A stretch of DNA of 64,000 nucleotides from a virus (lineage: Duplodnaviria; Caudoviricetes), in IMG/VR virus record IMGVR_UViG_3300037067_003400, positions 128,001 to 192,000 of that record; one strand, written 5' to 3'. Shown piece by piece: positions 36,901-47,049 of the stretch (position 1 is the stretch's first letter; the number at the start of each line of letters is the position of its first letter). A program made the position numbers and the translations under genes. The notes under the pieces were generated by a model. The model saw only the letters and a list, made by a program, of their open reading frames with translations, made no database searches and was not told where the DNA came from.

Positions 36901-37290
36901 TAATATATTTGTGTAATTTAATGCGCTTCTATTTACAAGAACTTTATTTCTAATAGTTCTTTCTACAGTATCTAAGTCTTTAGTTAGTTTAGCAATCTCT
37001 GCATTGTTAAGTGAGTTGGTAGCTTCTACAGCCGTAGATATATTATCAAGTTCTGCATATAAAGAAGTCAGATCAGTTATAATAGCCATTATAGTTTTGT
37101 TATATTCATTTGGATCAGTTACATTTGTTGGAATCTTAAATAACTTTTCTCCAACCTTCTTTAATAAATCCATTGGGTCTTGTGCGTTTATATTCAATCC
37201 ACTATTATTAGCTTGTGTTATAAAGCTATTAAGTGTATCTCTTTGTGTAGTAGATATAACTGATTTATAAATGTCAACAAATTCTTGCAT
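33970..37290 (-). CDS. large virion protein with CBM4/9-like and CBM5/12-like modules
   Basis: INGNFKDDTTGW; VWNNASTYVFGNRVAY...YYTCIRGH...YWQL; ends SPVIYDYTV like its neighbours. Confidence 0.6.
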   Translation of the reverse strand: MQEFVDIYKSVISTTQRDTLNSFITQANNSGLNINAQDPMDLLKKVGEKLFKIPTNVTDPNEYNKTIMAIITDLTSLYAELDNISTAVEATNSLNNAEIAKLTKDLDTVERTIRNKVLVNRSALNYTNILTETFSTDTCDNTKIPTDKNKLWVDPVSMSLRRQLIGDISRTISVADRKMCKISIENMLGISTETRHSITELVDGNYNSFWREVILADAPIAANIENINWLPANYKGGAVVRLRVDFDYLTPINELSFKPLSPYPMKLLAIDWTGNLVTDKTSGGMIPINGNFKDDTTGWTITTTTATAQVATGSGMDGSQCLEVITGSDTANCTFTRDIIFLSGGIQTDYTTDMPRLLSLSLLLKQTTPETTVKVLLKGETATSGVLTLFSQIISQPYKYNKEWAQVNKFINIVDNITYKKLMLEFQVFGDTTTTYIDNIQLSTDYSEQLLLDTEISGDKIVNLSQSRGKNIACKTLWLTLAQPHYTLKQYNIPRSYLAEQDLWNMVLVSEDNVLTDSSASGTTIQSDLRYNLPEDNDLNIIVNRLGGKIKDLIVKLYHIANPTEELVNLTKYEYILGGWELDLRYREFIKSGYWVSQSFNLPGEIRELTLLPTMNTGDSNETDIRFYVSLSEDESIALNNLKKLEAPNYNLKLKAVGEPGPDSYISIAPKQTKDIINGTDRYHKAKLSLFPYISREKIATIKNTLDSYDSLKLFTYDPNTTNVLYTVNSSSNSGVWNNASTYVFGNRVAYPTDGTYYTCIRGHNSASTPASTYVPSAANSDYWQLCETIIKTIPGYKPIEVKLKINNKLIFPDILGRAENQLSKLVSREVLDIETDGSVITDTSTTDKTVATRDNTISRKIIEEHKLSSTTYITKYPIEWDDVSKRGNRVALYWHKVGDIVGTAMDHTNDILIKPSNYDVVGVASTKSDSTASYYNKTRIIMKSAGFSQIPAGITDTDIEDTYIVIAYYRTRVSAAGYLAGEEFVLDTTQVEGLSPLLSQSYPVTRNMTDYVNGTTPTLKLFNDDKSNPEKYYPVYEYYINEFGEIVFANDLFYLGDTPAEITVDYQTLGVNPRIVIEMDSNLRDQVITGSPVIYDYTVLLNIRK

Positions 37291-37291
37291 A

Positions 37292-38503
37292 TTATTGTCC
37301 TATAGCTAATATGGAAACTACAAAGTCTCCCATATTTAATAGCCCATCATCATTCATTTTTTTCTTTACGTTCTTACCTGGTATAATTCTTAGTGACATA
37401 CTCGAAGATGTAGCCCACCACCATTTAGTAGTGTAAAGAGGCTGTGGTCTATCTGGTATTATAACACTGGCATCATCTATACTATTAAACTCTATAGACT
37501 CGAATCCTATACTATAAATTGCTGGCGATATACTTGAATCATTTATGCATATATATTTAACGCTATCTGTAGTAGATGCTATTGGGAATGTTACATCTAT
37601 TGTTTTATCAGAGTCTACTCCAGTAATAAATGGAATATATTGTATTGCATTTCCTATGTAATGCCCATTACCCGAGTTGTCTCCAGGTGTATACTCATTG
37701 AATAAGAATAGTTCTAAGTATTGTAGGTTTCTTGCATAGTATACTTTTAGCTTCATTGTTATTGCACGAATACCTGTTAAATCTATAGCTGAAGGAAACT
37801 CTATATAGTATGGGTAGGATGTGTATATTCCTTTGTCTTTAAGACATGCTATACTTTGTATTGGCTTGTCTACTGTTTTTGTAAACTTAACGCAACCAGT
37901 AGAACTTCGTGCTATTATATCATAGTAACCATAGAAGCCAACAGTAAGTTTAGAGTTTCCAGTATATGCAAAGTTAGAAGAAACGTAACCATCGTCAGCT
38001 TTGGTATATGGTATTTCTAATAGTTCTAATGCAGCTGTTACATCTGGTCTGTATGTAGCAAACTGTGGCCCATATGTTGGGCGTAATCCATCTGTTTGCC
38101 CTACTGTAAATTCTGTGTCTAAATATGTTTTTAGTGTGAACCCATCTGAAGACTTATACACAGTTCTACCATCTGAAGTTCGTTCATTATTAGATATGTT
38201 TCTTAATGTGTCGTTTACTATACTTACTCTTCCAGTGTAGGTTTCAGCTAATACATCCTTTGCCATTACAGGTCTTGCATCTATTAAGAATCTTGTGCTT
38301 CCACTTACTCCTTTTGAATTTGCATCAATAAACTCATTCATGCTACAGGTTTCTGCTGTAGAGGCATTTATACTGATAGTATATGTAGTACTTGGAACAA
38401 CACTTGTTAATAAAACTGTTGCAGTAGATAGTTTACTTATTCCAGATAGTGCTACTGGTGCATCTATTAGTTGTGTTTCTAACATAAATACATCATCTAT
38501 CAT
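37292..38503 (-). CDS. putative fibre protein, C-terminal part of a frameshifted gene beginning at 38628
   Basis: Frame is open upstream to TDKIPSTWTNK-MIDDVFMLETQL, the fibre-anchor-like motif shared with 38628..39254 and 39967..40647. Confidence 0.6.
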   Translation of the reverse strand: MIDDVFMLETQLIDAPVALSGISKLSTATVLLTSVVPSTTYTISINASTAETCSMNEFIDANSKGVSGSTRFLIDARPVMAKDVLAETYTGRVSIVNDTLRNISNNERTSDGRTVYKSSDGFTLKTYLDTEFTVGQTDGLRPTYGPQFATYRPDVTAALELLEIPYTKADDGYVSSNFAYTGNSKLTVGFYGYYDIIARSSTGCVKFTKTVDKPIQSIACLKDKGIYTSYPYYIEFPSAIDLTGIRAITMKLKVYYARNLQYLELFLFNEYTPGDNSGNGHYIGNAIQYIPFITGVDSDKTIDVTFPIASTTDSVKYICINDSSISPAIYSIGFESIEFNSIDDASVIIPDRPQPLYTTKWWWATSSSMSLRIIPGKNVKKKMNDDGLLNMGDFVVSILAIGQ

Positions 38504-38628
38504 TTTATTAGTCCATGTAGATGGTATCTTGTCAGTTCATTTACAAAAGTTGGATAGGAACTCACAGCATATGGGAAAGATGAGCGTGTTCCCGAAGATA
38601 GTTTCGGGAAGTTAGTGTTATCTGCCAT
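38500..38628 (-). CDS. 42-aa ORF, N-terminal part of the frameshifted fibre gene
   Basis: MADNTNFPKLSSGTRSSFPYAVSSYPTFVN...; ATG overlaps the upstream TAA; resembles SGKTSFP in 39967..40647. Confidence 0.55.
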   Translation of the reverse strand: MADNTNFPKLSSGTRSSFPYAVSSYPTFVNELTRYHLHGLIK

Positions 38629-39254
38629 TAGTAATTCCTACCTTTTAATAAGCTTGCTGTAACTGATACTTTGTAGGTTCCAGTTAGTAACACAGTTTTT
38701 ACTCCAAGGACTCCTACTATATCATGTATCATAGCTGTTATATCCATATAGATTCCAGTGTATGTTCTATCATTCCAGGTTATGCCAAAAAACTGTGGAT
38801 GTAAAGTAACGTTTTCATTATATGCTGTTGGTCCTGTGTTACCCCCATCATAAGTAAAGGGTATATTAGTTTCCACATTTAGAATCATATTATTAAGGTC
38901 TACACAGTAACCTTCTCCATGATAAATATTAACATAAGTTGTAATACTATCTGCTGTAGAAGCTTGAGTTATTATTTTGTAATTAGAGGATAAATGTTTC
39001 CATGTATCTGGGTTTATTTGATTCTGTCCTCTAAGTGAATCTACTAAACAAGATCCTCCGGTATGCACCCCAGAACTACTTAGATAGGTTTGTGTATTTT
39101 GTATAACTGTAGTTATATCATTCCATATAGTAGCATCTACTGGGTTAGAGTTCTGTGAGTTTGGGTCACTACCATAGTAGTTCACAAATGGATGCGTCTT
39201 TACCCCATATACATTATTTCTAAGATCAGATATTGAACCTGTTAATACACTCAT
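38628..39254 (-). CDS. putative fibre/structural protein
   Basis: PVDATIWNDITTVIQNTQTYL anchor-like motif. Confidence 0.55.
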   Translation of the reverse strand: MSVLTGSISDLRNNVYGVKTHPFVNYYGSDPNSQNSNPVDATIWNDITTVIQNTQTYLSSSGVHTGGSCLVDSLRGQNQINPDTWKHLSSNYKIITQASTADSITTYVNIYHGEGYCVDLNNMILNVETNIPFTYDGGNTGPTAYNENVTLHPQFFGITWNDRTYTGIYMDITAMIHDIVGVLGVKTVLLTGTYKVSVTASLLKGRNY

Positions 39255-39964
39255 GTTGCTTTCCTAACTAATATAACATCATCTATATAAAGTAGTGTTG
39301 CTTCTCGTGCTGATTCTGTAATTTCTCCATAGGTTGGTTTTACTACTAACTGCATGGTTAATCTCATTGTAGCAATAGAACTCGGTACAGCTGTAACAGT
39401 TTTAGTTACATATGTCCAGTTTGTATTACTATTGTATGGTTGTTCTGGAAGGTCTATATACCCAGAAGAAACATCACTCCATACCCAAGCTGGTATAATA
39501 GAATCTATAGAACTCAGTGATGCTGTGATAGCTGTTGTTGTATAACCATGTAGGTATAGTCTAATGTTAGCTGGTTTATTATAATCATAAATATTTTTGG
39601 GGTATTGTATCCTATAGTAAAAACTAAGGTCAAAGTTTTTAACCCCTGAGGTTTCTGCCGATAATGAAACTACTTGCGTTAAAGCTACTGGCTGAGTTAA
39701 TGTAACCATCCAGAAATCTAAAGCTGTAGGTAATACTGAAACTGCAGAAACTGATGTAGCTTTCATTACTGCACAGTAGTCTCCTCTATAAGGATGTTCT
39801 GTTGTTATAGTAGCTTGTTTAAAAGGCATAGCTACTAAACCAGATGGGTTATCTGGAACCACCCCACTTGCAGTATAAGACAATGGTATGAAAGGCCTTG
39901 TTGTTAACCAACTTCCTGATGTTTCAAAAGAAAAATTGTTTACTAAGTTATCTAAATATGACAT
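39251..39964 (-). CDS. putative structural protein with CBM4/9-like beta-sandwich
   Basis: NLVNNFSFE...W start and LYIDDVIL end. Confidence 0.55.
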   Translation of the reverse strand: MSYLDNLVNNFSFETSGSWLTTRPFIPLSYTASGVVPDNPSGLVAMPFKQATITTEHPYRGDYCAVMKATSVSAVSVLPTALDFWMVTLTQPVALTQVVSLSAETSGVKNFDLSFYYRIQYPKNIYDYNKPANIRLYLHGYTTTAITASLSSIDSIIPAWVWSDVSSGYIDLPEQPYNSNTNWTYVTKTVTAVPSSIATMRLTMQLVVKPTYGEITESAREATLLYIDDVILVRKAT

Positions 39965-39966
39965 AG

Positions 39967-40647
39967 TTACAATGTTACCTGTTCCTTTGAATTAGTTACT
40001 ATTAAAACCTTAGCATGCAATCTGGTAGTTATATCTGGAACTACAAATCTTAGTCTTACTGAAGCTAATAGTTTACCACTTCCTGGGTCTGGATGGTATA
40101 CCATTTCAAGAGGTGTTCCTTGTACTGTGCGCTTTGTGCTAAATGGATCTTGTAAGTAGTCTGTTAGTTCTGCTATACCCATTACAAATATTGCTGTGTT
40201 ATTATCATCAAAGAATGTTTCTAATGTAGTAGTTAGCCCAGCTGCTGTTGGTGTGTATTTAAACTTTACTTGTAAAGGAAAGTCTACATCTACTATACTA
40301 TGATAATACTTAGGCCCCGTTAGTCCAGATGTATTAGCATTACTAAGTAGAAGAGCTGACATTGGGTTATTAGTTACTGGAAATCCTGCTGTTACAAACC
40401 CTTCACTACGATGTAGTGCAAAGTCTCGTGAGTCTGGTATGTTTAAGTTAGTATAAGTTCTATGGTGATAGTCAGTTTTAACAGAAGCTAATGTTCTTCT
40501 TTGTACTTCGTATAATGCTTCCATTATAATATTAATACTATTAGCATCTACTATTGTATTACCGTAGACACTTCCAACTAATTCTAAGGTATCTATTTGT
40601 TGTGGGAAACTTGTTTTTCCTGATTGTATATTAGACATATCTAACAA
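39967..40647 (-). CDS. putative fibre/structural protein
   Basis: TSFPQQID...VDANSINIIMEALYEVQ anchor-like motif. Confidence 0.55.
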   Translation of the reverse strand: MLDMSNIQSGKTSFPQQIDTLELVGSVYGNTIVDANSINIIMEALYEVQRRTLASVKTDYHHRTYTNLNIPDSRDFALHRSEGFVTAGFPVTNNPMSALLLSNANTSGLTGPKYYHSIVDVDFPLQVKFKYTPTAAGLTTTLETFFDDNNTAIFVMGIAELTDYLQDPFSTKRTVQGTPLEMVYHPDPGSGKLLASVRLRFVVPDITTRLHAKVLIVTNSKEQVTL

Positions 40648-42214
40648 TACCTTTCACTCCAGCTGCTACGTGACTATCTACAATTGCTTGAACCTCAGCT
40701 TCTGTGAACTTCTTTAAGCCTGCTGTTCCAGTTAGTATTTCCTTTGGAACTTCTACTACTATAACTCCATTGAGCATAGCAGGTTCTCCATCCCAGGTAG
40801 ATATATCAAAGTAAGAGGAAAGTTCTTGTAGTTGTGTTCCAGAAAGTTTTAGTCTTCTAATTTCAGCATCTTCTGGGACTCCTCCGCCCCGAGTTCTGGT
40901 ATCTACTACTCTTACTGTTTCTATGGTTCCATTTGGACTTACATACAATTTAGCTAATACTATTGCAAATGGATATCTTGTTAAAGAACCAACTCCTCCA
41001 GCTTGTAGGTTTTCTCCTACACTACCATCTTCATTAAATATCATAGAGCTATCTGTTGGGAAGGTACTTACAAATTTGTTCTTATCATAAATAGCTTTTC
41101 CAAATACAGAGAATGGTAAGTCTTCTTCTCCTGTTGTATTGTCAGTTACACCAGAAGCTCTTATAGCATCTAATGTAATTGCTGGTCCTGATTCCCAACG
41201 CACAAATTGATTAGTATATCTAAGTCCTGTTTTTAGTTTTAGATTACCACTTGCTACTGGTGAATAAGCATATGCTGCTGAAGGTAATAAAAAGATATAA
41301 ACTACAGAAGCTAATAGGTTTCTACTTTCTTTTCCATTATCATAAGTATGCCCATAGCTTGGGTTTAAATCTAAGTCACAATATTTTTGTAGGACATCAT
41401 CATAGTATCCTCTAAAGATATAACTATCTTGAGTATACTTATAAGATACTTCTACTGTATCTTGTATGTCTATACTGGTTTTAAGTTTTATTATACCATT
41501 AGCCCAATCTATATTTTGTATAGTTTCTGGGAGAACTTGCGTCAAGTATGTTACAGGTGTAACTAATAATTCTTGTGTATTAACTTTGATACTACTTACT
41601 TCATAAAGCTTTCCATTATTAGTAGCTATGTTAAAGTCATCTACAAATGCAGCTACTTCATCTACTATAGGCAATCCTTTCAGTCCGTAGTCTGTTAGAG
41701 TCCCATAATCCGTAAATACATTTCCTATTGTATCAGAGAGATAAGGTTGTGCTGTTATTTCTGGGATAGTATATATTAAAACTATATCCTGTCCTACTAC
41801 CCATCCCTCTTCAGTTGCTGCTTTGTCTAACCAACACTGAGAGGAAGCTGTTGTAGTATGTATAGATGTAGTATACTTTGTTTTTATTCTAAAGAGGCCG
41901 TCTGTAATTCTTACATGCCAAGCGTCGGTTTCATCAGCTACTGGTTCTACTATATTCATCTTAGAAGATATAAATGTAAACTCTTTTAAGTTAGCATCTA
42001 TTCCTATAATAGTTTCATCTTCGTAGCGTGCGGACAATGCCCCAGTGTATAGTACAATATCTTTTACAGTTCCTGGAACATTAGCTGGTAGTATAGTAAC
42101 TGCATTAGTTATAAGACAGTTCTCATTTGGTGTTAGAGGAGGTGGTGCTATCCAGGCTAAGTTTATCCCTGAGGAGTTAACAGTTTTGCCATATTGTAGA
42201 TTAAAAGTTGACAT
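40631..42214 (-). CDS. putative baseplate/virion structural protein
   Basis: LDLNPSYGH, DTRTRGGG, ends VDSHVAAGV (baseplate-like). Confidence 0.55.
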   Translation of the reverse strand: MSTFNLQYGKTVNSSGINLAWIAPPPLTPNENCLITNAVTILPANVPGTVKDIVLYTGALSARYEDETIIGIDANLKEFTFISSKMNIVEPVADETDAWHVRITDGLFRIKTKYTTSIHTTTASSQCWLDKAATEEGWVVGQDIVLIYTIPEITAQPYLSDTIGNVFTDYGTLTDYGLKGLPIVDEVAAFVDDFNIATNNGKLYEVSSIKVNTQELLVTPVTYLTQVLPETIQNIDWANGIIKLKTSIDIQDTVEVSYKYTQDSYIFRGYYDDVLQKYCDLDLNPSYGHTYDNGKESRNLLASVVYIFLLPSAAYAYSPVASGNLKLKTGLRYTNQFVRWESGPAITLDAIRASGVTDNTTGEEDLPFSVFGKAIYDKNKFVSTFPTDSSMIFNEDGSVGENLQAGGVGSLTRYPFAIVLAKLYVSPNGTIETVRVVDTRTRGGGVPEDAEIRRLKLSGTQLQELSSYFDISTWDGEPAMLNGVIVVEVPKEILTGTAGLKKFTEAEVQAIVDSHVAAGVKGIVRYV

Positions 42215-43881
42215 TATATTCCTATTGAAACCTCATTTGAGAATATTACTGAGCCAGCCCAGTTATCATATATACTTGCTCTTATAGTATCTTGACCAGT
42301 TGCGTTACACGTTAGTGAAGCTATACCATTTCTATCTGTTCTTGCTTCTAATTCTTGTAGTGAATTGTTTCTGGAAATAAATCTTATACGTATACCCGGG
42401 TTTGTAGCTATAACTCCATCAGCTCTTGTAATACAAGCTTTTAGTTTTATTCTCTCTGTGGAACCTTCTATACTTTCAGCCATTAGTAATACCTTTGGGG
42501 TAAAGCTTGCTGAGGTATACATTATATCTTTTACACTAACACCTAAAGCTGTTGCTGTTTTGGTTAATGCTGGTAATGTGCTTGCTGTTATAGTAGCAGC
42601 TATTGCTCCAGCTCCAGACGGTCTCCATGAGAATGTTACTTCTCCGAGATAGTTTGTAATAAATGGATCTGGGAATGAATGGGTAATTTCTCCTGCTCCA
42701 GTAATAGAAGCTATTAGCTGAACACCAGCTACTGGGTTGTTGTCCTTATCTGTTATAGTAGCTTTAATTCTTACTGGGCAAGCATCCCCACTTATAATTG
42801 TTACACGTGTAGGAGATATAGCTAAATATAAATTTGCTGCTTCATTGTATGGTGAAATAGTTGGTGCTAAATATAAGAAACCATTTTCTATTCCAGAGTA
42901 CATTGGATTCAATTGTATATATGATAAATCTGAAGTGAGTACTTCTGATAAATCTTGGTAGTTATCCATACTGTCTTCGAAAGATAGTGTGTAAGATGTA
43001 GCAGAATCTGTATAAGTATGAACATCTCGTGTTGTTATACCAAAAGAATTCTTAACTACATACCCTACGCCCACTATATCTCTTGGTGCAAAGTTGCTAT
43101 TTAATAGAATTACATTTCCACTTACAGCTCCTGAAGTAACTTCTACTCTGTATAATCCCGATGTTGTCATCTTACTAACAGCGGGGAGTCTTAATGGGTC
43201 TCTATTTTCTATATCTTGATATCGTAGTCTTATTTTATTATTACGATCTACTACTACCATCTCTTGTTGGTTTAGTATTTCGCTTCCTGTAGGTGTTCTT
43301 GTATATGTAAACACAATAGCAGTAGTTGGATCTGTGTATGCAGCAATGTAAAGAGTTAATGTAGCTGAGTCAAAATAAAAGTTCCTATCTGTTGTTACTA
43401 AAGCAGCATCAGGAACTTCATATAAACTATCGTATTTTGTGCTTATTACTTGTTCTATATTTCCAGGAACTACAGTTGACCATAGACTTCCACTTCCAGA
43501 TGTCCAGGTTCCAGAAGCCAATATAGTCATTGACCCACAAACCCTGGTAAGGTTTTCTCCGGCAGGCCCAGTACAAAAGATAGGGCCGTAGTGTGTGATG
43601 GCCGATGTATCTATAGTTTCACCAATTATATAACTTGTAGTGTACTCATATGGATTTGAAGTAGTTACTGTATGCGTTTGCTTCTTAGCAAATAAGTAGC
43701 GTTCTTCAGCTCCATAGTAATACCATCCCTTGTGTATCATAGGATACCATTTACCATCTGCTGTTTTCTTAATCTTAACAGCAAGATCATCCCCAGAACC
43801 TATACCTGGTTTTAGTATAGCTGATAGTGGATTGTTTGCTAAAGTTATTCCTGCACTGCCTGATTCGAATATTGTAGCCAT
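42214..43881 (-). CDS. virion protein with C-terminal Big_1 (invasin-type Ig-like) domains
   Basis: IKATITDKDNNPVAGVQL...TNYLGEV; RTDRNGIA. Confidence 0.6.
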   Translation of the reverse strand: MATIFESGSAGITLANNPLSAILKPGIGSGDDLAVKIKKTADGKWYPMIHKGWYYYGAEERYLFAKKQTHTVTTSNPYEYTTSYIIGETIDTSAITHYGPIFCTGPAGENLTRVCGSMTILASGTWTSGSGSLWSTVVPGNIEQVISTKYDSLYEVPDAALVTTDRNFYFDSATLTLYIAAYTDPTTAIVFTYTRTPTGSEILNQQEMVVVDRNNKIRLRYQDIENRDPLRLPAVSKMTTSGLYRVEVTSGAVSGNVILLNSNFAPRDIVGVGYVVKNSFGITTRDVHTYTDSATSYTLSFEDSMDNYQDLSEVLTSDLSYIQLNPMYSGIENGFLYLAPTISPYNEAANLYLAISPTRVTIISGDACPVRIKATITDKDNNPVAGVQLIASITGAGEITHSFPDPFITNYLGEVTFSWRPSGAGAIAATITASTLPALTKTATALGVSVKDIMYTSASFTPKVLLMAESIEGSTERIKLKACITRADGVIATNPGIRIRFISRNNSLQELEARTDRNGIASLTCNATGQDTIRASIYDNWAGSVIFSNEVSIGI

Positions 43882-43889
43882 GAAAGATC

Positions 43890-46613
43890 CTATGAAAAAG
43901 TTATTGGTATATTAGATAGATTAGGTAGGACTTCTAATTCTGAAAACCATTTTGAGTTTTCATTCCAAGAAGCTACTCCTAAAAGCATTGGTAAAGAAGA
44001 AGAAATAAATTCTCTTATATCTTGTAACACATCATCTGGGATGTATACGTTATCAATTAAGTTATCTGTGTTTAGTGGTTTCCAAGTTGTAATATTTTTT
44101 AGTAAAGTTATATAGTATGTTCCTGGTGTAACATTATAAGTATCTGGTATAATAGATGATACATAGTCTCCAGTAGTTGATAGAGTATAGTTATTATAAG
44201 AATAGTTAGCTGTTACTTTTCCTGATGGGCTTGTATCGTTAAGTGTTAGTGTCCCATTGTTAAAACTAATATTTGGGAAGGACTTTGAACCTATCTGTTT
44301 TCCATCTAAGAATATTACGTAGTCATTATTCCAGTTCTTCTTCTGGGAATAGTATATTCCTCCACTACCAGAAAAGGTTAGAAGTTCCGATGTAACATAC
44401 TGAGTATCTGGAAGGTCTTTTATATATACATCAACAACATTAGTATAGCCTGAAGTTATTAAATCTACAACACTTGTCCCAGCCCATGTTAATACACTTA
44501 TTAGTCCAAGGTCTATACCAATCATAAAAGGTATACTTCCAAGGTTGGTTCCATTTGGTGACTGTGAGAAAGCTTGTATACGTTCTGCTAAGTCTTTATT
44601 ACTTTCATATTCTATACGTTCTATTCCAAAAGGAGAAGCTATATCATCTAATGCATTTGGAAGTTTTCTACATAATAGATCTTTAGTGTTTAGTTTGTAA
44701 GTTACTTTACTTGATAATGCTGTTGAGGTTAGGCTATTAAGTAATACTTGACTTTTATATATAGCACTGGTAGGAGTAGCTTTAGAAACTGTGAATATAG
44801 CAGAGCTCCCTAATGATATTATAGAGGTAGGTCTTACTTTTGTCCACTTTAGAACATCAGGAGTATCCCAAGAAGCTAAGGTATCTTCCCATAAGTATAT
44901 AGGAGAATCTTCTGTGATAGCTGTTGTGTTTACATTTATGACACCATATGCTCCAGAAGTAGAAGTTAGTACTTTTACATTCTCTAAGTTTCTAAGGTAT
45001 ATATGTCTCGGAGGAGTTATAGAACTTTCTGAATCCCATCGGTCTAAGAACATCCCAGGATACCATACAGGTTCTACACTATCAAAGAAGTCTTTCTCAG
45101 TTAGTGCTCTTGTAGCTATTATACTATATGGTCCTGAAGATACAGATACAGTTCCTACACTATCATATGTAGTATCTATATTAGCAAACCATAGATATGA
45201 GTCTGTTGATATATCAAATGTTCTGGGAGATTTATTCCGAGCGGTTTGACTTACAATGTTTTCTATTTCTTTATATGGATATGAGGTACTTCTAATCCAC
45301 CTACGAATAAGTGGCTCAATTAAAGTAGTTGCTTTGCTTCCTTTGAATCCTGCGATACCATCAAAGATTATAATATCATCATTAGTCATTATATATCCAG
45401 AGGTCTCTGCCATTCCAGTAGAGCCTGGTGTATATGTTGGAATTATGTTTATATAATTATAATGTGTATGGCTTCCTTCAGTACTTCCACTACTTCCACT
45501 TGTAGCTCCAGTTGTATATCCTGTAGTTAGTTTATTAACTAAGTCCATAGCAGAAGAAGAACTTGTGAATGAGTATGCTTTCCAATGGCCATGTCGATAT
45601 GGGTAATCTGTGTAAGCTGTTCCTGTATATGCTGTATCAAAGTTGTGATAGTATACAACTCGGCATCCATGAGATGGTGATAGGTAATGTGAACCACCAG
45701 ACATATATAGTCCAGTTGTAAAGGTAGAACTTACAAGTTCATTATAAAATGCAGATGCTCCATCTGCACTATTACTAAAAATAGATAATGCATATTGTGT
45801 TCCACGAGCTATGGTTGTTGTATATACATGATAGCAATGGGCTGAATCAAAGTAACCACTAACTGTTGCAGTGTTTGCGCTATTGGTAGCTGTTTTAAGT
45901 ACCTGGGTTTCTGAGCTGGAACCTGCTGTTTTAGAATAGTTTATTCCTGTATTTGCACTTACTAATCCATCCCAAGTTGCAAAGGATATTGGGTTACCTG
46001 GAGCCATTTGGTCTACTGTTACAGCCGAATAGCCCCACAGTGGGCCCTCTTCAAAAGCTGATGGGTCTAAATTAGCAAATGGGTCTCCTGGACTTCCTGG
46101 GTCTCCACTACTTGAAGGTGTTGGTGTTATAATAGTCCAAGCATCTCCAGGGGTAGGTATCCATATAAGGTCTCCATCTACTGGAAAAACTGTCGTTTCA
46201 TCTATGTTTCCAGAGATAGGTGTGCCTGTTAGCCACGGTGTTGGTAAAACAAATACAGTTCCATCTTCTGCCCATAATACAGTAGAAGTAGATGAGGTTG
46301 TTATTCCAGAAACTGTTACTGTGTAGTATGTAGTAAATCCAAGTAGTGAAGTGTTACCATCTCCTACTGGTTTATATTCTAATCCTCTATATGAACTACT
46401 TCCTACCCAGTCTAATACTTTTCCACTATGTGGATTTCCTGGGGTAGTTAGTCCATAGATTCCTGGTAGGTTAATGTTATTATAATCACTTAATACATAG
46501 CTTTCTAAAGTTCCGCTTGGAATCCAGGTATATGTACTTGGAGCTGAGGTTAGTCTATACCAGTTTTCTGAATAGCCTGGTGAAAGGAGTTCATAGAAAT
46601 TCTCGTAAGCCAT
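43890..46613 (-). CDS. baseplate wedge-like protein with Ser/Thr-rich N-terminal extension
   Basis: NALDDIASPFGIERIEYESNKDLAERI wedge motif; C-terminal half paralogous to 47050..48444. Confidence 0.6.
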   Translation of the reverse strand: MAYENFYELLSPGYSENWYRLTSAPSTYTWIPSGTLESYVLSDYNNINLPGIYGLTTPGNPHSGKVLDWVGSSSYRGLEYKPVGDGNTSLLGFTTYYTVTVSGITTSSTSTVLWAEDGTVFVLPTPWLTGTPISGNIDETTVFPVDGDLIWIPTPGDAWTIITPTPSSSGDPGSPGDPFANLDPSAFEEGPLWGYSAVTVDQMAPGNPISFATWDGLVSANTGINYSKTAGSSSETQVLKTATNSANTATVSGYFDSAHCYHVYTTTIARGTQYALSIFSNSADGASAFYNELVSSTFTTGLYMSGGSHYLSPSHGCRVVYYHNFDTAYTGTAYTDYPYRHGHWKAYSFTSSSSAMDLVNKLTTGYTTGATSGSSGSTEGSHTHYNYINIIPTYTPGSTGMAETSGYIMTNDDIIIFDGIAGFKGSKATTLIEPLIRRWIRSTSYPYKEIENIVSQTARNKSPRTFDISTDSYLWFANIDTTYDSVGTVSVSSGPYSIIATRALTEKDFFDSVEPVWYPGMFLDRWDSESSITPPRHIYLRNLENVKVLTSTSGAYGVINVNTTAITEDSPIYLWEDTLASWDTPDVLKWTKVRPTSIISLGSSAIFTVSKATPTSAIYKSQVLLNSLTSTALSSKVTYKLNTKDLLCRKLPNALDDIASPFGIERIEYESNKDLAERIQAFSQSPNGTNLGSIPFMIGIDLGLISVLTWAGTSVVDLITSGYTNVVDVYIKDLPDTQYVTSELLTFSGSGGIYYSQKKNWNNDYVIFLDGKQIGSKSFPNISFNNGTLTLNDTSPSGKVTANYSYNNYTLSTTGDYVSSIIPDTYNVTPGTYYITLLKNITTWKPLNTDNLIDNVYIPDDVLQDIREFISSSLPMLLGVASWNENSKWFSELEVLPNLSNIPITFS

Positions 46614-47047
46614 TACTTAAACAACCTTTCAGTAGCAGTTAGTCTAACTGGAGCCAATGTCCATATAGGATACATGCTGGCATAGCGTTCAATAAATGGG
46701 GAGATAGGTAAGTTATATTCTTTAATAACTCCACTTGGATTTACATATCCATCAATGCTATCATAACTTCCCACTGTAATAATTCCTCTTATATTATAAT
46801 AGCAATCATAATCTGTTGGTGCAGTTCTATCTACGTAGCTCGTTGTCTTACTTCCTAACGTTTCTATTGTTACATATGTATCAGTAGATAATCTTTTCCT
46901 TTGAATCTCTATCCCAGTAAAAGTATTTACTTGTGCATAAAGCCAGTCAGTCCAATCTATTAGTATTCTACCTTTTTCCATTAGGGTAAATACTAAGACT
47001 AAGTCTCTATCTGGGTTGTTTAATAAGTATTCTTCGTATGTAGTCAT
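46613..47047 (-). CDS. FN3-like small structural protein
   Basis: IEIQRK...TSYVD...YYNIRG. Confidence 0.5.
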   Translation of the reverse strand: MTTYEEYLLNNPDRDLVLVFTLMEKGRILIDWTDWLYAQVNTFTGIEIQRKRLSTDTYVTIETLGSKTTSYVDRTAPTDYDCYYNIRGIITVGSYDSIDGYVNPSGVIKEYNLPISPFIERYASMYPIWTLAPVRLTATERLFK

Positions 47048-47049
47048 AG

